From Paramicrosporidium saccamoebae KSL3 (lineage: Eukaryota > Fungi > Cryptomycota), in the NCBI GenBank assembly GCA_002794465.1, contig MTSL01000066.1, positions 1 to 5,236 on the forward strand: a DNA stretch of 5,236 nucleotides, written 5' to 3'. The first letter of the stretch is position 1. Each line of letters begins with the position of its first letter. Both the position numbers and the translations under genes were made by a program. The notes under the pieces are model-generated. The model did not search any database. It was not told where the DNA came from and worked only from the letters and a program-made list of their open reading frames with translations. Shown in pieces: positions 1 through 5,236 of this stretch.

Positions 1-101
1 CGCGTAGTGGGGATAATACCACAGACGGGAAGGGGGGTTGTTTACTGCTAATTCTATAATAGTATGGATACACATATCGCTGTCTTCAAATACCCAACTA
101 A

Positions 102-1216
102 TCAATTCTCTACCTCTACGTCACACCAAGACCAAACGCATGACAAGAGCTGTTCTAGACTGATGTCAATGCACTGCAATGGACTCTTGGCCCACTACCT
201 GCGCTTCAGGATTCTCGATAAACCAACATTTTCCCCTATTTCAGATATTACATTCGTCGGACAGCATTCATAAGCAGTCCAAATGAGAGTAATCTATTAG
301 TGCGTTAGATCTTTCCAAGTATCTGAAGCCATTGTGCGATTATAGACGCTTGGAAAGATCTAGTGCACCTCCAATAAATCTTAATTAAAGGGCCTGCTGT
401 CTGGTAATCTAAAGCTACATCGTCCCTGCACTGCCACCTGTTGTACCAGCCGTGAGCGGTTTCGACCAAAGCGGCGCGATGTATCAAGCGTGCAGCCGGG
501 TTAGGTCCCTTTATCGAGCAAACTGGAGCTTGGGAATCAAGTTGGATCTAATAGACCAGCTCATCTCCATCCAAACCTCCCCTTTAAGCCTCAGAGAGAT
601 CATACGCTTCACCTACCGCTTTCGACACTGAACAGCCGCAGGTGGATCAACAAGGAGTAATGGGCTGCCCAAATCACGGATAAAAGCCACGCGTAGACAC
701 TCCGCCACAAAATCGTTGAATCCAAGCCATTGGTGCCCGCTCATCTTTTCCTCAAAGACTCTTTGCAGTGTGGGGATGGACAGACGTACAAGACAGGGCG
801 GGCTGATGCGCGCATATTGGTGATATGCGATCTAGGACGATAAGTAGATTTAGTTGGTAGAATACAGAAAGGGCTTGCTCGAAATTCGTCTCTCTATCCA
901 GCGTGCCATATGGGCATAAGCCTGCATATCTCTCCCCGAGCTCCCCCAGTAGGTAACTCTCCACAAAATATCTGACGAGCAAGACGAGGAGCGGGAGGAC
1001 GGCTGGACCTGCTGCTACCCCGCGTAACTAAACCGACGCGCCAAAAGCGACCACGACGCCACTGTATACCATAAAGGTGCACCCCACAAGATCGGCGTAC
1101 GCCCAACCCTTATCGTCACCTCGGAACTTTTCAAGTTTGCGCGTCGAAACACGCAGACCCCCAAAGGTGGCGACGGCAGCACCAATGACACCCGCCAAGA
1201 CATAGTAATCGTCCAT
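102..1216 (-). CDS. Putative multi-exon membrane protein of unknown function (or pseudogene); exon structure uncertain
   Basis: ORF-track pieces 1028-1258, 752-982 and 305-487 share one minus frame. The first two encode hydrophobic segments (YVLAGVIGAAVATFGGL; LVGCTFMVYSGVVVAFGASV; PAVLPLLVLLVRYFV). One fully open GT-AG model: exons 1216-1070, 1027-866, 831-617, 589-577, 547-419, 293-199, 159-102 (819 nt, 272 aa). No family recognised; alternative splice models exist. Confidence 0.45.
160..198 (-). other. Candidate 39-nt spliceosomal intron
   Basis: AG|GTAGTG donor, TTGAC branch-like motif, ATCAG acceptor. Removal deletes an in-frame TAG and joins ...GLSRILKR to SLEQLLSCVWSW... Confidence 0.35.
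300..368. repeat. Inverted repeat / long hairpin (14-bp perfect arms, extendable)
   Basis: TAGATCTTTCCAAG (306-319) and CTTGGAAAGATCTA (349-362) are exact reverse complements. Outer GTGC (300-303) pairs with GCAC (365-368), and inner TCT (322-324) pairs with AGA (344-346). Confidence 0.92.
832..865 (-). other. Candidate 34-nt spliceosomal intron
   Basis: Minus sequence GTATTCTACCAACTAAATCTACTTATCGTCCTAG has a GT donor, a CTAAA branch-like motif, a pyrimidine-rich end and a TAG acceptor. Removal joins ...NFEQALS in phase to a further 71 open codons (IAYHQYARISPPCLVRLSIPTLQRVFEEK...). Confidence 0.55.
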
Positions 1217-1522
1217 TAGACAGATGGGAGTTGAAATGAACGCAGGGTTTATGCGCATTTACTGGACATTTCATCTCCTTTTATGGGGAAAACCCGGGTC
1301 CCAGAGTTTATGCTTTCTAATATGGATTAATGCGCCCTAAGCGAAGCAAATTAGTTTACGGTATCGCGCAGTGGAGCGCTTGCCACGAACAAGATAGAAC
1401 CCTTATACAACAGTTCTTTACAACCTATAAATGACGTACTAATATTTACTGAGTAGTATAGATACAGGCTCTATTGGCGAGTCGAGAATCTCATCTCCAA
1501 ATTAGGCAATCAATTCGCTTTT

Positions 1523-2878
1523 TCATAATGTTAACATTTGGAGAAGAATTGTGTTATCGGAAAGACCTTGCTTGACATCTTCGAGGGGGAGGGACAGGAG
1601 CACTTTGGTGTCGGGCGTTGCGGGACCCGAATTCCGCGCCCGTTTCCCTGCGGCGACAAGGGAAATGACGCCCATTGATTCGGTGTTGGCAACGAGGTCG
1701 TTGAATTCGGAGCGCCCTACTGCATCGATGATGCGATGTGCCCTGACTGTAGACGTATAGCGCTCAAATAGGTTTTGCACTGTTGGCTTCAGAGTGGCAC
1801 TGTCTTTTAGCAATCTGTACAGAGTGACCAGCAATAGTTTTTGGTGCAAATTGAGCTCAGAAATCAACTGCGCGTTTCTTGAGGTAGTTCTCACTGTGCT
1901 CCCAAAGATCCGCTCCATCGCCTGAGTCACATGTGCCAGTTCTACTCTTGTCGCCCCACTCGTCTCTGCCAAAGTTACGCTCTCTCTCATAATCTCTAGC
2001 GCTTTTCGCAGGTCCCCCACCACCGAAACCTTTCGTGCACACATTTCCACTGCAACCGGCACAATTAGCGTGGGAGTGAGTTCGAGACGAGCAATTAAAA
2101 TGCGCGAAATGTCTTCGGGGGAATATGGCGCAAAGTTGAGAATGTGCACCCGACTAGGCGGAGCCGAAAAATAGCGAATGGACAAATCCAGGGCATTGGC
2201 TATGCCCAGGATGACTACTTTGGACTTTGCGAGATATGGCCATTCAAAAATTGTTTCCAAGAGGGCGGAATCGCGCATGGCAATCTGATCAATTTCGTCC
2301 AAAACGAGCACAATTGTCTTTTTCATCCGACAGAAATGGCCCGCTAGATTGTCGGCGAGATCGTCCCATCGTCTCGTCACCTTGACGTCCATTCCAATTT
2401 CTTGAGCAATGACTGAAAGTGTTTCGCGGGGATCACTTTGCATCATGCAGTTGATCTTGACAATCTGTACCGATTCAGGAAGCATCTCCTCTACCAGCGC
2501 CGTCTTGCCCGTTCCTGGGTTCCCACAAATGTACAATACTTTTGCTTCATCGCGACTTTCGAGGGAGCTCCAAAACCGCTGAATAACGGCACGTTCAGCG
2601 GTGCGGCCTACGATGCGCACTCGAGCTCCCCGGTGGAAGAGTCGCTTTGCATCTTCAAATGCATTCTTCACCTGTGATTGTGTTTCGTCGAACTGCTGGG
2701 TCTTGGTATCTCGCTCATTGGGGCGCTGCGTCTTAACATCCCGCTCATTGAGCCGACGTTTCAACGGGCGTCTTCCCGCTTTGGGAGGAGAAATCTCTAC
2801 AAACGGTGCGTTCTCCATGGCGGGAAATTGCACTTCCCGCCTCATCAACATATTATTATTTTCTTTAATAAAGTGCAT
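1523..2878 (-). CDS. CDC6: Cell division control protein 6 (Cdc6/Cdc18), eukaryotic AAA+ origin-licensing ATPase; probable true start at 2818 (431 aa)
   Basis: Walker A LYICGNPGTGKT (GNPGTGKT at 2501-2524), KINCM, Walker B VLVLDEIDQI, sensor 1 LGIANALDL, NFAPYS, CARKV, sensor 2 GDLRKAL, and a winged-helix region LNLHQKLLL...SEFNDLV. This matches the eukaryotic Cdc6 motif order, with no BAH domain as in Orc1. ATG 2818 has a Kozak-like GCCATGG context. Confidence 0.95.
   Translation of the reverse strand: MHFIKENNNMLMRREVQFPAMENAPFVEISPPKAGRRPLKRRLNERDVKTQRPNERDTKTQQFDETQSQVKNAFEDAKRLFHRGARVRIVGRTAERAVIQRFWSSLESRDEAKVLYICGNPGTGKTALVEEMLPESVQIVKINCMMQSDPRETLSVIAQEIGMDVKVTRRWDDLADNLAGHFCRMKKTIVLVLDEIDQIAMRDSALLETIFEWPYLAKSKVVILGIANALDLSIRYFSAPPSRVHILNFAPYSPEDISRILIARLELTPTLIVPVAVEMCARKVSVVGDLRKALEIMRESVTLAETSGATRVELAHVTQAMERIFGSTVRTTSRNAQLISELNLHQKLLLVTLYRLLKDSATLKPTVQNLFERYTSTVRAHRIIDAVGRSEFNDLVANTESMGVISLVAAGKRARNSGPATPDTKVLLSLPLEDVKQGLSDNTILLQMLTL
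2693..2752 (-). repeat. 30-bp tandem duplication in the Cdc6 N-terminus (LNERDVKTQR / PNERDTKTQQ)
   Basis: CTCAATGAGCGGGATGTTAAGACGCAGCGC vs CCCAATGAGCGAGATACCAAGACCCAGCAG, 22/30 identical. Confidence 0.8.
2819..2841. promoter_or_regulatory. Two inverted E2F-type sites (TTCCCGCC) directly upstream of the probable Cdc6 ATG
   Basis: Plus-strand GGCGGGAA-ATTGCAC-TTCCCGCC. The minus strand reads TTTCCCGCC (matches TTTSSCGC) immediately followed by ATG 2818; the second site is CTTCCCGCC on plus 2833-2841. Confidence 0.6.
2851..2877 (-). terminator. AT-rich putative polyadenylation signal region of the Lys-rich gene
   Basis: Just after the TAA at 2878-2880 the minus strand reads ...CTTTATTAAAGAAAATAATAATA (ATTAAA at 2864-2869), a sharp AT-rich patch between two coding regions. 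Confidence 0.4.
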
Positions 2879-4758
2879 TACTTTTTAATACAAAAGACGA
2901 CCTTGGTATGGTCATTGATCTTTTGCTTCTGTCCGTTGCGGCCACGGGGGACCTCGACGAGAATGTTTCGATGTGCGCCATAATAACGAGGATCAAAGGC
3001 TATATCCTGGGGGACATTTTTCCAACACTTGAACACTGAGCCATAGTATTTGCGGTCTGCAATGCGCTTCAAGCCATGTACACCGCTCAAGACGGCTTTT
3101 TTGGACTTTTTACAATGTCGCTTTGGAGTCTTGGTTCGTGGCTTTTTGGTACAGTTCTTCGACTTTTTACTAACGTGCTTGCGCAATGCCGCACAAGGGC
3201 ACTTTTTTCGGGGACGGTGTTTGTCAAATGTCGCTTTGCTCACACGGTGCTTGCAGACAGAAATGATATGATGTACGCACGGGCCCCTTTTAATGCGCCT
3301 GGCATAAAGTCGTACACGATGGATCTTGCCCTTCTTGTCGAGAAACTTTTTCTTGTACTTTTTAATGCACGGCTTCTTTGTCTGCAGCACTTTTACCTTC
3401 TTGATTTGGCATGAAATGCGGTACGCCGTCTTTTTAACAACCTTCTTTTGGGGTTGGCTACGTTGTGGCTTGCAGGCTTGACAAGGTTTGCAACATGAAC
3501 AGCCAGCATGTCCCTCGTGCTTAACAACAGTCTTGTTGGGGTGTTTCGATGTTTTCGTCTTGGTGATGGCCCCAGACGACGCTGGTGCAGTAGTTTCGGT
3601 GGCGGGTGACGCCAAGACCTTTTTGTTCTTGTAATTTTTGGGCTTTTTTAAATCAGTTTTGACGCTAGCCTTGTTCTTGGTGCCAGTCTTGGTCTTTTTG
3701 GTCTTGACTGTTCCTTTTACAATAGCCTTCTTTGTCTTGGCCTTTCCCTTTACAGTAGTATTCTTGTTCTTGACTGTTTCTTTTACAGTCGTCTTTCCCG
3801 GCTTGGATTTGAATTTTCTCTTTACAGCGATCTTTCCTGACTTGGATTTGATTTTTCTCTTTACAGTCGTCTTTCCTGGCTTGGTCTTGACTGTTCCTTT
3901 TACAGTCGTCTTTCCTGATTTGGCCTTTGTAGTCGTTTTTACAGTCTTTGCGGCCGGTTTCTTAACATTGACAATTGGTTTCTTAGCTTTCACAGTTGTC
4001 TTTCCGGGCTTGGTCTTGACGGTTCCTTTCACAGTGGTTTTCCCAGATTTGGACTTGACTGTTCCTTTTACCGTCGTTTTCTCCGACTTGGGAGTGATCG
4101 TCCTCTTTATAACCATCTTGCCGGATCGGGTTTTGACCTTTTCCTTTACAACCGTCTTTCCCGGCTTGGACTTGACTGTTCTCTTAGACGTCACCTTTCC
4201 AGCTTTCTTCTTGGATTTCACAACGGTTGCCGGTGAAGCGCCTGTAGTAGTGGTAGAGTTGTTTGCAACTACCGGTACTGCAGCAGACTCGGTGGCGAAT
4301 GGGTGTCTTTGCATCTTCTTGGCATCTTTTGCCAGCTTTTTTTGTTGCTTCTTTGCCAGCTTTTTCTGTTGCTTCTTAATCTTCTTGTTCTTCCTGGCCT
4401 TCTTTTTGGCCTTCTTGCTCTTCTTACTCCCTTTGAAGTGCTTCTTGACTTTTTTCCATATGCCCTCTTTGCTCTTCTTCTTCTTCCATCGCAAATAAGC
4501 ATCCGAATCGGTAGCAAACAAAAATTGCTTCTCCGTCACAGTCTGACGTTTCGTAATTCCGTCTTCACTCTTGACCATGACGGCTCCGCCATCTGTGCGT
4601 CTTGATTCCACAACGTATCCTTCCTGGAGGAGACGGGTCATTCGATGCGGATCTGAGAGCTTCCTTTGGTCGGGGATAATAACATAAACTGCCACGCCAA
4701 GCACGCATAATAGTGAGACCACGAGGATTGTAGGGAAAATAAAAGCCCACTTCTTCAT
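2878..4758 (-). CDS. Uncharacterised Lys-rich (about 25%) repeat protein with N-terminal signal/membrane anchor and Cys/His-rich C-terminus, 626 aa
   Basis: 1881-nt uninterrupted ORF. N-terminus MKK plus about 24 hydrophobic residues (WAFIFPTILVVSLLCVLGVAVYVII). About 158 Lys by hand count. Two internal repeat copies differ only at synonymous positions in this frame, supporting it as the coding frame. Confidence 0.88.
   Translation of the reverse strand: MKKWAFIFPTILVVSLLCVLGVAVYVIIPDQRKLSDPHRMTRLLQEGYVVESRRTDGGAVMVKSEDGITKRQTVTEKQFLFATDSDAYLRWKKKKSKEGIWKKVKKHFKGSKKSKKAKKKARKNKKIKKQQKKLAKKQQKKLAKDAKKMQRHPFATESAAVPVVANNSTTTTGASPATVVKSKKKAGKVTSKRTVKSKPGKTVVKEKVKTRSGKMVIKRTITPKSEKTTVKGTVKSKSGKTTVKGTVKTKPGKTTVKAKKPIVNVKKPAAKTVKTTTKAKSGKTTVKGTVKTKPGKTTVKRKIKSKSGKIAVKRKFKSKPGKTTVKETVKNKNTTVKGKAKTKKAIVKGTVKTKKTKTGTKNKASVKTDLKKPKNYKNKKVLASPATETTAPASSGAITKTKTSKHPNKTVVKHEGHAGCSCCKPCQACKPQRSQPQKKVVKKTAYRISCQIKKVKVLQTKKPCIKKYKKKFLDKKGKIHRVRLYARRIKRGPCVHHIISVCKHRVSKATFDKHRPRKKCPCAALRKHVSKKSKNCTKKPRTKTPKRHCKKSKKAVLSGVHGLKRIADRKYYGSVFKCWKNVPQDIAFDPRYYGAHRNILVEVPRGRNGQKQKINDHTKVVFCIKK
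3697..4200 (-). repeat. Intragenic 39-bp (13-aa) tandem repeat array, consensus GKTTVKxxVK[ST]K[SP]
   Basis: Five units at 4200-4006, a 30-aa interrupted unit at 4005-3916, three units at 3915-3799, then three shortened 11-12-aa units down to 3697. Confidence 0.9.
4330..4377 (-). repeat. 24-bp tandem duplication (KKQQKKLA x2)
   Basis: Plus-strand units 4330-4353 and 4354-4377 differ at one base. Confidence 0.85.
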
Positions 4759-4803
4759 TGCCGGATCGGTAAACTGAAGCGCCTTATGTAGGATGAATAA
4801 ACA

Positions 4804-4926
4804 GATTGGATGTCATTCCAGCAGTCCAATCGCAACACCTGATTTCTGTCGGATTGGATATGGCTCCCGTTCACCAATAGATGGCATATATTTAAATGCC
4901 TGCCCAATCATATGCGGCACCAATAG
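4804..4926. promoter_or_regulatory. Cluster of six CCAAT boxes plus a TATA-like AT core upstream of the Lys-rich gene
   Basis: ATTGG at 4805 and 4853; CCAAT at 4826, 4874, 4904 and 4920; TATATTTAAA at 4887-4896. About 0.25 such pentamers would be expected by chance in 120 bp. Confidence 0.65.
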
Positions 4927-5091
4927 CATCTCTATGTCAAATCGGGCACCTTTTTGCCCAAAGTTATTGTAAATTCATTTTTATTCTTGTCTACCCGGTT
5001 GAAAGTGCACAAAGTGACAGATCGGCCGACTCGTTTATCCTTGCGTAGAGTATGTGAGGAATTTAAAAGAATTGTAAAGTAGTGGAATGAT

Positions 5092-5149
5092 TAGCTGGGT
5101 GATACGTTGTGAAGTACCGAAATAGCTAGCTGGGTGATATGCGGTGGAG
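5092..5149 (+). repeat. Direct repeat, 13-bp exact core TAGCTGGGTGATA (23 bp at 19/23 identity), 35-bp period
   Basis: Copies at 5092-5114 and 5127-5149. Confidence 0.65.
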
Positions 5150-5210
5150 AAGAACAAAAATATTGACTCTTTACCCATGTTTTAACATCTTTCCCACTAC
5201 AAGACAATAC

Positions 5211-5236
5211 TCCCAGCTCCCAGCTCCCCCCCCCCC
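5211..5236 (+). repeat. (TCCCAGC)2 followed by a poly-C run reaching the window end
   Basis: TCCCAGC TCCCAGC T then 11 C (5226-5236), truncated by the window. Confidence 0.75.

Noticed and set aside
64-273. 69-aa plus-strand ORF
   Set aside because: No recognisable features; antisense to the candidate final exons of the minus-strand gene.
195-1030. Genome-wide TAG/TAA-to-Gln recoding to explain TAGs at 1028-1030, 613-615, 548-550 and 195-197
   Set aside because: More than 1000 codons in the two long ORFs, with many Gln, contain no internal TAA/TAG, and most of these TAGs coincide with GTAG donors or YAG acceptors.
2103-2428. SCB/E2F-like TTTCGCG sites at 2103-2109 and 2422-2428
   Set aside because: Deep within Cdc6 coding sequence and explicable by codon content or chance.
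2876-2880. Bacterial-style translational coupling at TAATG
   Set aside because: Cdc6 is eukaryotic-type, there is no Shine-Dalgarno context, and the region following ATG 2878 looks like an AT-rich UTR; kept only as a compaction observation.
1551-2983. Short plus-strand and alternative-frame ORFs overlapping Cdc6
   Set aside because: All overlap a conserved CDS, show no recognisable motifs, and are of chance length.
3638-4498. 286-aa hydrophobic plus-strand ORF (also 4303-4605, 3076-3414, 3050-3271)
   Set aside because: Antisense shadow of the Lys/Thr/Val-rich gene: A-rich codons give Phe/Leu/Val on the other strand and few stops. The synonymous-only divergence pattern supports the minus frame.
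2878-4758. Annotation as histone H1 or bacterial Hc2/HctB-like protein
   Set aside because: No H1 globular domain recognised, the repeats are Val/Thr/Gly rather than Ala/Pro, and there is a hydrophobic N-terminal anchor; similarity is compositional only.
5092-5149. CRISPR-like repeat-spacer
   Set aside because: Only two imperfect copies with a 12-nt gap, no cas gene, eukaryotic context.
4-5200. GTAGTGGG (4-11) and CCCACTAC (5193-5200) as terminal inverted repeats of an element
   Set aside because: Only 8 bp, not equidistant from the ends, the same 8-mer also occurs at 191-198, and no transposase is present.
5139-5236. Open plus frame from ATG 5139 to the window end (MRWRRTKILTL...)
   Set aside because: Only 32 codons, running into low-complexity sequence; cannot be supported without downstream sequence.

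Overview
Compact eukaryotic DNA (about half GC, very short intergenic spacers, candidate introns mostly 27-42 nt); an early-diverging fungal/opisthokont origin such as Rozellomycota is an inference only. Three genes lie in tandem on the minus strand. (1) An intronless 626-aa orphan (2878-4758) with an N-terminal hydrophobic anchor, about 25% Lys, a 13-aa Lys/Val/Thr repeat array and a Cys/His-rich basic tail; six CCAAT boxes lie just upstream. (2) An intronless eukaryotic Cdc6/Cdc18 (1523-2878, more likely starting at 2818), with two inverted E2F-type sites abutting that ATG in a 59-bp spacer. (3) A probable multi-exon membrane-protein gene or pseudogene (about 102-1216) whose frame is broken by TAG codons at candidate splice sites, and which contains a 69-nt hairpin coinciding with a candidate GT-AG intron. 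No rRNA, tRNA, CRISPR array or transposase was recognised. All counts were done by hand; no database searches were run.
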